From positions 1,985,803-2,023,875 of the forward strand of contig ML996687.1 in the NCBI GenBank assembly GCA_010356995.1: DNA of 38,073 nucleotides. The letters are read 5' to 3'. The notes beneath the pieces are model-generated. The model made no database searches. It saw only the letters and a program-made list of their open reading frames with translations, and was not told the DNA's origin. The position numbers were made by a program, and so were the translations under genes. Source of the DNA: Trichodelitschia bisporula (Eukaryota). Positions within the stretch are counted from its first letter, which is position 1, and every line of letters begins with the position of its first letter. Below are positions 10,870 through 22,015 of the stretch, piece by piece.

Positions 10870-12213
10870 GATCGTGAGAAAGAGGAACAAAAAAACAGAA
10901 GGAGTGACGTTGAATGATGAGGTTTGGGACGAGAAGAGGGGGAAGAGAGGCTACGGAAGAGAGGGAGGCGATTCGGCGAAGGGAAGGGGTCGTTGGCGAC
11001 ACGTGAAGGCGCACGTCTGTTATCCGGGGGGGCTTGACGGGCGGCGATCAGCGTGGGAAGCAGCGAATGGAAGACAAAGCCCAAGACGCCTTGTTGCTAG
11101 TGGGATGGGCGTTGTTTCTTTAGTTTCTTGTGGTGCCGACTTTGTTGGCTTTGTTGCCAATATGAGAGGCGTGTCCAGGCCTAATCACTGTTGCTAAATG
11201 GAAGCGAGGTGTTTCGCCCACAGAGTCACAAGCGCTGTTGGCGTTGAGTGTTGATTGATGCGTTCGGGTGAAGGACCAATCTCCGGCAATTTGACGTGTT
11301 TGTCGCTTGTTGAGCCGGTTGTTGGGGTCTGGGCACTGCAGGGCTCGGCAAAGGGAGGACTTGGACAACCACGGGAAGAGCCGGTCTGATTCGATTGAGC
11401 GAGGTTCGGCTTTCGGGATTGGAATATGGCGTTTCGGAGAGTTGAATGCTTCTGGAATCTTGATGGTGCTACGGTCGTACGGGAGCCTTGTGGTACTTAT
11501 ATTATTAGTGCGGGGAAAGACATTGTTTGCTTCCCACGATAAGAGAGCCTGCATCGCGACTGGGATGGGCGGTTGAACTTAGGACACTAGGAAGTAAACA
11601 TCGCTCAACTCCGATTACCCCAGCTCCCTCTTTCTTCTAGATGGCAGCTGGAACTCTCTCAACTTGAAGCTAGGAACCGCGCGTGCAGCCAGCCAGCGAG
11701 CTGCCCGATATCTCGCCAGCCGCCCACCAATGACGCCCGCAGGTATCCAAGAGCCATGCAAAAAGGTGATGAGCCCCTCCCCAAATATCATGGCCGCCTT
11801 TCGCAACAGCTTTCGCCGAGTGGGAAGCAAGGACTACCGGCAGCGGAGCCATCACTTCCTCGGGTAGCCCTTGGTCCTCCTCGGTCTCGCCCGCGTGACC
11901 CTTGCCGAAGTGGCTTGCGCACGACGGCAGGGCTGAGTTGAGCTATCTTGGCGCTTCCACCCCACCACGCCCACAACAACAACACCGCATCACACGTCTA
12001 CGCTGTGCTTCCCTTGGTACCTGTCAAACAGCCGCATCCTCGACTGCCTGCAGACTCAGCTCCACGCGGCTTCTTTCTCTGCCATTCGGCCGTTATCGTC
12101 ACGCGTCGCCGGGGTGCTGCTGGCAGCGATGGAGCAGCGCACACACGCGCCTGACAGCTCACTTCGCTGGCTGTGTCCACGAGCGGCCGCACCTGTTGAT
12201 GCATCCATTTGAG

Positions 12214-12794
12214 GTAAGAGAGGGCCCAGATCGTCGCCCAAAGTGTACCCATACTCAAACCGGCATGCAGACCAGACCTTCCAGAAGCCCACTGTCGGCA
12301 TCACCGGCTTGCACAGGAAGCCCAACTTCATCGTCCTTTCTCGCTACGTCACCCTGCTTTCTGGCTGCGTCCTCAGCTGCCTCGGCGCTTTAGCGGCCGT
12401 TCTCCGCGCCTACGGAAACACCGAAAAGACCGCTCTGGCCAGATTGAGGAGCGGAAGATGTCGCTGTGAAGCACGATAACGACGGTTCACGGAGAGCATC
12501 CTCTCTCATGCTTTGCTTGCGAGTGCTGCGGCTGGCGTCATCTTTTCTTTCGCTACCTCTTCGTTCGAGTCTTCGCATCGCTCTCTCTCGGGGACGGCCA
12601 GCTGGCTCGGATGCTCCAGATTTACCATTCGTACGTCTCTGGAAGAAATCGACCCCGGCGTGCTCCCTCTTCGTCGCACCGCCTCCTCGTTCAACTCTCT
12701 GGCACACTCTCTTCCGATGAGCGCCTACGTATTCGAGTCGCCCTGGTCCATCTCCAGATTCTCCGCGTATCATGCAATCGGATCGGGACAATAG
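12214..12794 (+). pseudogene. Possible decayed membrane-protein gene fragment
   Basis: Candidate intron 12214-12270 (GTAAGA..CAG) is followed by about 50 codons with nearly all C/G third positions encoding a hydrophobic stretch (FIVLSRYVTLLSGCVLSCLGALAAVL). A stop follows, then another hydrophobic segment (ALLASAAAGVIFSF). No intact gene or family recognised. Confidence 0.25.
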
Positions 12795-12841
12795 ATTGAT
12801 TTGCAATCTCTCACTCGCGGCAGTTCAGGTATGCCGGCCGT

Positions 12842-13027
12842 ATATCAGGGTGGTGAGGTTGAAGTCATCCATATAGTCAGGTTCTCGTGGTCCGGCGTGA
12901 CTTCCATAGGGTTTCCATTATTAGCGTGCTGGCCGCAAGCGTGCTAATAATAGAAACCCTATTGAAATCTCGCCAGACCGTGAAAACCTTACCACGTAGA
13001 GGACTTCGACCTTCACCACCCTAATAT
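12842..13027. repeat. Long imperfect inverted repeat (foldback): ~89-bp arms, 7-nt loop
   Basis: Left arm 12842-12930 aligns to the reverse complement of 12938-13027 with about 18 substitutions and one 1-nt indel (manual alignment). Confidence 0.9.
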
Positions 13028-13691
13028 CCGCTGACAACATGGGCCTGTCCTGAGCAGAGATTCCATCATTGCCAGTATGGACATCGCCGTTAACGAGATT
13101 CGGAGTCAGCTGTTAGTTCTCCAGCCGCACCCCCTAACACTGTTCACTGAGCTCGGCTAACATGAAGCACGGAGCCTCAGCCTAACTGGCCGGATCGAAG
13201 TGCCCCAGTCCGTCGCCCGTGTTGAGGAGGATTGGCCGAGGTCGTGTACGCCGCCTTTTAGGCTGCTCCTGCGCGTGCCTGACTACGGCTGGCTTGAGGT
13301 CGGGCTTGCGTACGGCATGATCATCTACATGTTCAGTGTACATCGAATGTCTCAACGCTTTGAGGTTGTGGGTTCTCATGGCAAGTGCACTTTGGTTGCG
13401 GTACTGAATTTGTTTGTAGGTGGCGTCAATGAGGTCGGGGTTCTGTACAAAATGCATCAGAGACGGCTGCAAAACTTGAGTTCTGCAGCTACCCCCGATA
13501 GCCTTCTCACACAACACCGGCCCCATGGATGCCACCTACAAGACAAATATGGCATCGAAACCCATCGCTGCTCATGCGGACTTTGGACAACGAGTATATA
13601 GTTATTGAGACCTTTACAGATGTCGGCCGCAGGAAGCCCGGGACTCACTTTCTCGGTGGGTACCGGTGGTTTCGATGACGGCGCGGGCGGG

Positions 13692-13725
13692 CCAATGATC
13701 GGCCGGGCCACATTCAAATATTTAA
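13692..13725 (+). promoter_or_regulatory. Candidate Pol II core promoter with no protein-coding gene behind it
   Basis: GC box-like GGGCGGG immediately before CCAAT (13692-13696), TATTTAA at 13719-13725, then a C/T-rich leader and a GTAAGT donor at 13892. Confidence 0.35.
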
Positions 13726-14205
13726 GGCTCAGACGATTCCTTCGCAAGAAGCTATGTTCATTCGTGACTTGCCTCTATCAAAACTTTCCGCCCGTCCCAA
13801 CCACCACGCACTCCCATTTGCTCCTATCACCAGCCCCACGCTTACAGGCTGCGGAAGGAGGATATGGGCAAGAAGAATGTCCTGCGTCCACGTAAGTTCG
13901 TGGTGGTTTTTGCTGATGAAATGGGTTAGGGTTAGGGGCGTTGCCGAAGCCGGTGTTGGGTGCAAATTTCTATCTATGATGGCTGTAAAACCGAAGGTCT
14001 ACGACTACCACCCGATGGGCGACGGGTCGTTCCGGAGTGGCTGTGCCCGCTGAACCCCGGTTGCGGAGCTCAGTGCGAGTCGAGTGGGTGCCCAACTCCG
14101 GTGTTCGCACGTCGGGCAGGCCCTGCCCTGATGGGGAAGTGCCTCTCACGACACGACAAAGACGAGGCCACTGACTCTTCCTCATAGGCGCACTTCCCTA
14201 CTGAG

Positions 14206-14507
14206 GAGCTGTCTCTATTGTTGGACGCACTTGCTTGCTGTTGATGAATTCCTCAAATTCATCCAAATCACTCTTCCCCATTTTTTCTGATGGGGAATAA
14301 TGATATGGATGGGGTTGTCGACTTCATCATCGGCGAGCAAGTACATCGAACGATAGCTCTGCTGTTGGACGCACTTGCTTGCTGTTGATGAAGTCGGCAA
14401 ATTCATCGAAATCACTCTTCCCCACCTTCTGATGGGGGATAGTGATAGCGACGGATTCGATGACTTTATCATCGGCGAGTAAGTATATTTAACGGTAGAG
14501 ACAGCTC
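14206..14507 (+). ncRNA. Tandem pair of long pre-miRNA-like hairpins (144-nt repeat unit) closed by an outer stem; candidate structured ncRNA/milRNA precursor
   Basis: Hairpin 1: 14215-14248 pairs with 14323-14356 (30/34 positions). Hairpin 2: 14357-14395 pairs with 14462-14500 (36/39 positions, 9 G-U). Outer GAGCTGTCTCTA (14206) is complementary to TAGAGACAGCTC (ends 14507). The repeat and pairing are directly visible; transcription is inferred. Confidence 0.5.
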
Positions 14508-14584
14508 TCATAGTAGGTACGCCTGCGAGGAGGAGTTAATGGTCTCGTCTCTCGTGTGGCGAGAGATTTCTTGTCACTCCTTCT

Positions 14585-14707
14585 GCCAGAGAATGCCCGC
14601 TCATTGTCAGCCGACGTAGGAGGGGTAGACAACCAGTTTTTTGTAACGCGCGAGATTTCTTGTGTGTTCCTCCTACTTTCGCTGACAATGAGCGGGCGTT
14701 TTCTGGC
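14585..14707 (+). ncRNA. Third long hairpin (27 contiguous pairs, extendable to ~48 with mismatches)
   Basis: GCCAGAGAATGCCCGCTCATTGTCAGC (14585-14611) pairs without gaps with GCTGACAATGAGCGGGCGTTTTCTGGC (14681-14707), including two G-U pairs. An inner GTAGGAGGGG/TTCCTCCTAC stem continues the pairing. Confidence 0.45.
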
Positions 14708-15393
14708 GTAACAAGGACTTCACTTTTGGACAGGTGCCAGATCTGTTTTGAGCATTTGGATGACTGAGTGTATGCTATGACAGAAGGGCGTGGCTTTTAT
14801 CTCTTCGTTTCTTGTGAATATTTGAGATGATGAATTCGAGATGGACCGAATATTCATTCAGGCATTGCCGACATCTTTGATTGCTCGATGTTGGTGACCT
14901 AGAACGTTCAGAATTTTTTTAAGGGAAAGAGTCCTATCAGACTGCATTGGCCCAAAGTTCCTGACTCCTGGCGACGCTCATGCACAGGTAAATTGTTGCA
15001 AGCTTAGAGGTATACCTTCATATTCTCGCAGTCTCTGTGTTAACTGCTGTGTGAGGTATGCGCTTCAGCGCATGTTATGACAAGCGATTGGCGAAAAAGT
15101 TGTTTTCGCGATATATATCTTGTTCCTTCTGCTGATGCTTCAGTGCCTAGAGCGGCCGAGACAAGGCGACGACGATCAGCCTTACACCATTGGCCCCCGC
15201 CCCTTGGCGCCAACCCACCGCAGCGGGTCGCCAGGCGCAGGGGACAACACGACGTCATCCCGTGCCTCACATCAAGTTTTGTTTGGCGACACGTCGTACC
15301 TTCCATGTAGTAGCAATTGCTTCTCGCAGAGAGCTCAATCAGACCGTCTCCACGTCCACATCTTCGTTTTTGCTAACGTGAAGTGAATGCATC

Positions 15394-18300
15394 ATGTCCG
15401 GCCTCGAAGATGCAGAACGCCAGCCTGGTCGCCGCTATGGCGGCCCGTATACGCCGCACAATCCGGTCCCGACGGTGCAGCATTATCGGGAGGAGAAGGA
15501 GGCGAGGGGGCATACCGGCAAGTCGGACAGAGAGGCAGAGGAATACAAAACGGAGAATCAAAACGTCAGAGAGGACGATGAGAGGGAGCAGGGTGGGAAG
15601 GATACAGACCATTCGACGACGGACGGTGAACGCCCACCAGACACGCCCGACAGTCCTACTGACAACGATACATCGGAGACTTCGCAGCCGAAAGACACAA
15701 AGGCTCATCGGAAGGCAATGAAAAAGAGCCGGAATGACCCTGCTGAGCGGCAGGTTACGGACCCAGTCACGCATCTTCCTGTCACGATTCACGATTTCAC
15801 CAAGCGTGATCTGGAAACTGTCCCCAGGGACGATACCGAGAAGATTGACAGTGGTGACAATGAGGACGACAGCGGAGATGCGGATCTTGGAGTTCTGTTC
15901 CCTCCGCCGGAGTACGAGGCGCTCACTGGGGATGTGGCGCGGCTGCAGAGATTCGTGCTGGGACTGGCGAGCGCAATTGTAGTCGCAGTGGCTGGAATTA
16001 TGGCTGCTATGCCCGCCTACGGTCATATAAGATGGATTCTGGGCGCACTGCTTACGGCGGGCTTGCTCGTCGGGCTGCAGCAGTACGCGACCAAGAAGAC
16101 CAAGGACATTTGCTCGCGGTACATCTGGGCCGCCGAGCGGGAGGAGGGCAAGAAGCGCGCTCACAGCGAGATTCCGGAGAGTACGGCGTGGCTGAATCAG
16201 ATTCTGGGGGGGGTGTGGCCGCTCGTTAACCCGGATCTGTTTGTCAGTTTGGCGGATACGCTTGAGGTGGGTGCTACATCTAGAGCCATGCAAGAGGCTA
16301 ACTGGATTAGGACGTTATGCAGGCGTCGTTGCCGCGCATGGTCAAGATGGTCAGCGTCGAGGACATTGGGCAAGGGAGTGAGCCGGTTCGGATCCTAGGC
16401 GTGCGGTGGTTGCCCCGGGGACAGGCGGCGAAGGCTGTGTCTGAGGATGGCAAGGTCAAAGATGAGGGGAAGAACGACAGGAGGGTATCGGGCGAGGGCG
16501 AGCAGATGCAGAAATCGGACACCAATGACAAGAGCGACGACGACGAGCAGCAGGATCAGAATCTGACCGAGGGCATGGAAGCCGAAGAGGGAGACTTTGT
16601 CAACGTCGAGATTGCATTTGCATATCGCGCGAAGCCGACTGTCCGTGGCGCCAAATCGCGCAGCAAGAACGCACACCTTTATCTTGCTTTCTACCTGCCA
16701 TTTAAGCTTCGTAAGTTCTACCTCTAATATTGAGGGTCCGCTGACAAGCTAGCCGTCTGGGTGGAGATTCATGGTCTCATCGGCATCGTTCGCATGCGCC
16801 TACAACTCACGCCTGATCCGCCTTTTTTCTCGCTCTGCACGCTGTCCTTCCTTGGCCAGCCTCACGTGTCCGTCTCGTGCACTCCCCTCACAAAGCATGG
16901 ACTGAACATCATGGACGTGCCTCTCATTTCGAACTTCGTGCAATCCGCCGTCGACGCTGCGGCAGCGCAGTACGTGGCGCCTAAGTCACTGACCCTCGAT
17001 CTCAAGGAGATGCTTGTGGGCGAGGACTTCAAGAAGGATACAACAGCCCGCGGTGTACTCGTCGTGCGCGTCAGGTCTGCCAAGGGCTTCAAAGAAGGCG
17101 ATGCCGGCATCCCGCTCATCCAGGACGGTTCCGCCGATGTCTACGTCACGGTCGGATGGGCCAAGTTCGGCAAGCCAGTGTGGTCATCCCGGGTCATCAC
17201 GTCCATGGAGCCGGTGTGGGACGAGACGGCGTTTGTACTCGTTACGCCTGATGAGCTGAACATCCACGAGCGTGTGCGGTTGCAGCTCTGGGATTCGGAT
17301 CGCGGCACGGCGGACGATGACCTGGGCCGTGTGGAGGTCGATCTGAAGGAGATTATGACGGATCCCAAGACGAATGGCCACATGTGCAATCGCACCGATA
17401 AATTGCGGGCATTTAAGGGCGGGATGCCAGGCGAGCTGGAGTGGAGCGTTGGGTACTTCTCCAAGACCCGGGTGCTAGACTCTCAGCTCGAGCAGCAGGA
17501 CGTCATCCCAGGTGTCAACACGCTGGACGAGCTCAAGGCCCAAGTCAACGCCTCTAGCGAACGCAAGCTGCGCGAAGCCACACGCAACGAAACGTCGGAG
17601 ACAGATCAGCAAAAGGCGCAAGATCTAAAGGAACGCTGCGACGAGATTTCCATCGCCACTCCGCCGCCGTCGGAATACCCGAGCGGCATTTTGTCAGTCG
17701 TGGTGCACAACATCACGGGCCTGGAAATCGAGTCCTTGAGCAAGAGCTCCGACAATGATGTCGAGCATGACGACGGCGATGACCTCCCCAGCGCCTTCGT
17801 TGACGTGGTGCTGAACCACGCAGCTATCTTCCGCACGCGGACGAAGCCGAAGAATTCAAAGCCCTTCTTCAATGCTGGCTGCGAGCGCTTTGTGCGCGAC
17901 TGGCAGTCTGCCGAAGTTCATTTGGGAGTATGGGATTCGCGGCCACATGAGGACGATGCGCTCGTCGGCACTGTCTTCCTGCCCCTCGCTGAGATCTTCA
18001 AGGACCGCAGTCAGATCGCTGGCACGTGGCCGCTGAGTGGCGGGATTGGGTTCGGCCGTCTGCGCATCAGCCTCGTGTGGCGGAGTGTGCAGCTCCAGCT
18101 CCCTCAGCCGATGCGCGGATGGGACGTAGGCACGCTGGAATTGCAGCCGCGGATTCGGGGACGCGTAGAGGGCGTGGACGGGTGCACTCTTAAGCTGCGG
18201 ACGGACCTGGGTAAGGGGAAGTATAGCGGGGCGGAAGGCGGGGAGGGTTGGAAGCGCGACAAGCCGCTGCGGCTCGGGGTCAACAAGCGCTTCCGCAAGC

Positions 18301-18952
18301 CGCTGGTGTGTGAGTTCAAAAAGCACGGTGTGCGGGATAAGGTTGTTGCGTTTGCGGTGCTCTGGCTGCATGATGTGCCTGATGGAAAGGATCATACGGC
18401 CGTGGTGCCGGTTTGGACGGGGGATTTGAAACGCGCGACGGCGAATGTGGATGATAAGTACGGGACGAAGGTGGGTGAGATTGAGGTGCAGCTGCGCATG
18501 TGGCCGGGCTTGAGTGGGTGGCACTCGAAGCTGGCTGCGAAGGAGATGGATGTGGGGAGGGTCATGGAGGTGGTGGAGTGTGCGGGTGAGGCGGATGGGG
18601 ATTCGAGGGAGGACGAGGCTGAGAGCTCGAGTTCGAGTTCGGACTCTGACTCCTCGGACGACGATGGCTCGAAGGACCTGGAGAAGGACGGGAAACGGGG
18701 ACCGGTCGACTCGCTCAAGGACTACAAGAGGCACCGCAAGACGCTGCATCGGCAGCACAGAGGGGCAATGCAGTGGAAGGTGGGTTTTCGCTCTTTCTCC
18801 GCACATGGCATATATGCTTCAGACCTCGCTAACTAACGCAGGGTCCCCGCACGGCACAGTGGGTGCAGCACAAAGCGACGGCGGGCGCACATCGGGTTGC
18901 AGACATATTCCACCATCACGAAGGGACCCCGGGGATGGAAACGGAAGTGTAA
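15394..18952 (+). CDS. mug190: SMP- and C2-domain membrane protein, S. pombe Mug190-like (tricalbin-related, ~1136 aa)
   Basis: Exons 15394-16266, 16311-16710, 16753-18779 and 18842-18952; introns 16267-16310, 16711-16752 and 18780-18841 splice in frame. N-terminal GPYTPHNPVPTVQ and RQVTDPVTH, TM hairpin, SMP start PESTAWLNQIL, C2 motifs (LQLWDSDRGTADDDLG; RTRTKPKNSKPFFNAG), C-terminal HRGAMQWK..ETEV. Confidence 0.85.
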
Positions 18953-19777
18953 TGTCTAATTCATGAGGTTAAATCGAAATCGCATCGCACGTACCCAGTT
19001 GTTCGAAACGGGGGCTTAACGCACGGCGGCGAAGGCGGGGGAACCACGCCTAGGGGGAATATTCATGTCTCTACGTTGCAGTAGCACTGTGTACTTCGTA
19101 TCTACCGCCTCCTGTCCTCACAGGCTGTTATCATTCCGCCCCCGCTGTGCCCTGTTTGACCTTGCGTGCCGCACGTGCGCCGTTTTTCCGCTCCTGGCGT
19201 CCGCGTATACGCGACGAAGCAATGATGAACGAGCTGCAATCAGTGTGTGGGCAGAGGATATGAGCTGGCCTATACGGGCGCCATGGTATCACATCATACC
19301 TTCCAGGGCCGAAGGAAGGAAAGGAATTGCAACGAAGCGTGGAATTAGAGTATCCCTCCCCCCCCGGCCCCCCCGCCCGGACACTTCATTAGCACTCTGG
19401 CCCATACGTAGCAGACGGCCGATCACAAGCTTTTCCGCCCGCGCCGCAGGCTAACGGGGTGCAATATCAGGTTGTCCGGGGGCTGGGGCAATCTAATAGA
19501 TGACGCGGAGGGGACGGTGGGGCGGGCGGATGTGGGTATTTAGACCCACAACGCCCGCTGCGGAGAGTGAGGGGACAGTCCGATTAACATTCCGCGCAAT
19601 CTCCCTCCCTTCATACCGCTTAAAGGCCCGTCTTGTCCGCTTCGCACTTCGCCTTCCGTCGCAATCTTCAATTCCTCACGCTGTTCACGCTTTAGACCCA
19701 GTCACTCAATCTCCGTACGTGACCCTTCGCGATACTGGATTGGAAGCTCGCTAACGCTCGCTGGACAGATACTCAAA

Positions 19778-20062
19778 ATGAAGTTCACCCTCCCGCTCCT
19801 CGCCCTCGCGGCCCTCGCCGCCGCCCAGAGCGCCACGTCCGTCTCGTCCAAGGCCAGCAGCGTGTCCAGCGTCGCCAGCTCGGCGAGCAGCAAGGCTGCG
19901 TCCGTCGCGAGCAGCGCGGTGAGCAGCGCGAGCTCCAAGGCTGCGTCTGCGAGCTCCAGTGCGAGCAGCAAGGTTGCGAGCGCGAGCAGCAAGGCTGGTG
20001 CTATGCGGACTGGGGTGCCGGTGTTGGGGGCCCTGATGGGGGTTGCTGCGGCTGTGTTGTAG
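19778..20062 (+). CDS. Small secreted Ser/Ala-rich protein, probably GPI-anchored cell-wall protein (94 aa)
   Basis: Signal peptide MKFTLPLLALAALAAA, repeated SSKAxS units and a hydrophobic C-terminus after a small-residue site (AGA-MRTGVPVLGALMGVAAAVL). CAAAATG start context and a 5'-UTR intron at 19715-19768 (GTACGT..GCTAAC..CAG). Confidence 0.85.
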   Translation: MKFTLPLLALAALAAAQSATSVSSKASSVSSVASSASSKAASVASSAVSSASSKAASASSSASSKVASASSKAGAMRTGVPVLGALMGVAAAVL

Positions 20063-22015
20063 GTTGTTGATGGTTGATATGATGGGGCGATAGTGGGGAT
20101 GATGGGGGGGGGGGAAGGGAGTGCTGGAGTAGATTTCGCCGTTTTCTGCATGTATAATTATTTTCGTCGGTGGAGGATATGTGGAGAGGAGGAGGGGGGG
20201 AAAGGTAGCCGTACACGATAATTAGCCTCACGCGGCGCATTCCTTGCTACAACCTCAAATCCTCCGAGCACCTACCCCCATCCCCTCCCCAACCCGACCC
20301 CACAAAACGAAACAAAGATCCAAGCAAATCATCATCCCACACCACAATCCCGCACGCACCACCCCATAGACAACCCATCATCAAACCCCCCCCCCAGCCC
20401 TACCCAATCCTCGCTATCCCCCAATCGCACCCCCGCCCGCGGCGCGGAATGTTAGATTGCCCCGCGCAGCAGATAAATGCGCGGTCTGGACCCGAGCCCT
20501 GGCCTATCCTGCTCATGCCTCCACCCATCGCTTTACAGCGCGCCGCTGCAATCCTCCGTCTCCAATCCGCGCGAACTCGCCGCACCCATTGAGCTGCAGT
20601 AAAGTAACGTCACGGCGCTCCGGGCGCCATGGGAGGCGGCGAGCCTCGGTCGCCCGACCAGCCCCCAATCCTTCCCAGAGTACTGTATCATCGAAACCTG
20701 GGTTGTATATCACTGCGGATTATAAGGCCAAGCTCCATGCCGCCACCGCTTGGCCAGCGTGCCGTGCGCTCCGCTTTTCCTTGTTGGGCGTCGTGGTGAG
20801 GTCGACGAGCACGAAGTACGCTAGCGAGGCTCAGCCTTGCGCTTGTCCCGCGAGCAAGCCTTGGCTTGGCGGTGTTGGCGTGGCCTTGTAGACGGCTTGA
20901 GGTTACTGTGGACTTGGGACGGCAAGATGGGTGTGGGGAGGAGTTGGTAGGAAGGGAGGAATTGGGGGGGTTCCAGGGTTTGCCGGCGATTTTGCCGAAG
21001 CGGAGACGGAATGGGCACGCGATATTGCCTGCGGGAATGAGGTCTGGAGCGGAAGCGAGATGGGTGCGCTGACGTCATGGTGAAGGGCGGGAGGTGATGA
21101 CGGTGCATGGAGGTGTAAATGAAGACGACGCGCCTGGTAGATAAGGCTGGCCAGCACTGTTGCTGAAGCGGAATTTAGTTTGGGTTATCGGTGCATTGTG
21201 AAGCTGAAGAAAGGAGACATCAGAGCATGGAGGCACGCCCTTCCAGCTTTTACGATGCACTTCAGCGATGGCAGAAAGATCAGGTACTTCGGGCGAATGT
21301 CGGCCGATGCCAAACCTCCTTCCGTTTGGCTTCTTTCTCGGTGTTCTGGTTTTGGAACGTGGGAACAGGAATTCAATCATGAGTTACCACCTCGTTTGAG
21401 TCTTCCCTTCGTCCAGCAACTGGGAGAGCTCGTGAACCCACATTCAGGGCACATTCCGTCCTCCGCTTGCTAATGGGAGAATCACCACAGAAAGGGTTGA
21501 AAAACGACGATGTACGATTGAAAGTAAATAGAAACATGAAGAACCAGGGAAAGGTGGGTGGCGGGGATGCTCATATCTTGGTACACTGCTTGCGACGTAT
21601 CTCCCCAGAGCTCCTTCTAGTCTTCCCCTCTGTCACTTCCCCAGCTAGGTATATTCTTTCTAGGCATACCAATGCCCTTCGCTCATGTCGACATAACTTG
21701 TTGGCGGGCGTCTCGTCCTAAGCGGCTCAATCCAGCGGCTGTCGCCAAACGCGTTCAAAGAGTTACGGACGCTCAATCAGTGTCAGAAGGACAACCGCAA
21801 ACAGCTTAGTGATATTGCACGGAGCACCTACGCAGCATGAAAAAGATATCAGCATTGAGGAGCCATTTCCGTCTATCGCTTCCCATGATCATGAATGCCA
21901 AAGCGCATCCCTCACAATCGCAGTCCCAGAGAACCCCAGCCTGAATGTACAGTAACCACGTAAGGCCAGACTCCCCTAAACGCCCCCCTCGCACTCGCAC
22001 GCCATAACGCGCCCC

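Noticed and set aside
13182..13535. 117-aa - strand ORF as a real gene
   Set aside because: GTG start in the track, only a short ATG-initiated version and no recognisable domain; not supportable without homology or expression data.
12317..13938. Telomerase RNA on the - strand: template-like CCCTAACCCTAACCC (13923-13938) and a P6.1-like hairpin GAAG-TTGGG-CTTC (12317-12329) about 1.6 kb downstream
   Set aside because: I found no U-rich pseudoknot or Sm-type site. TTAGGG arrays recur elsewhere in the window, and the small hairpin lies inside a + strand coding-like relic. An Infernal search with an ascomycete telomerase RNA model would settle it.
14383..14455. Hammerhead ribozyme-like core (TGATGA...GAAA...stem...TA) in hairpin copy 2
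   Set aside because: The conserved C of CUGAUGA is absent, stems I and II do not pair, and copy 1 has CAAA instead of GAAA.
20400..21900. Short ORFs between the small secreted protein gene and IES1
   Set aside because: No consistent codon bias, splice structure or recognisable domain.
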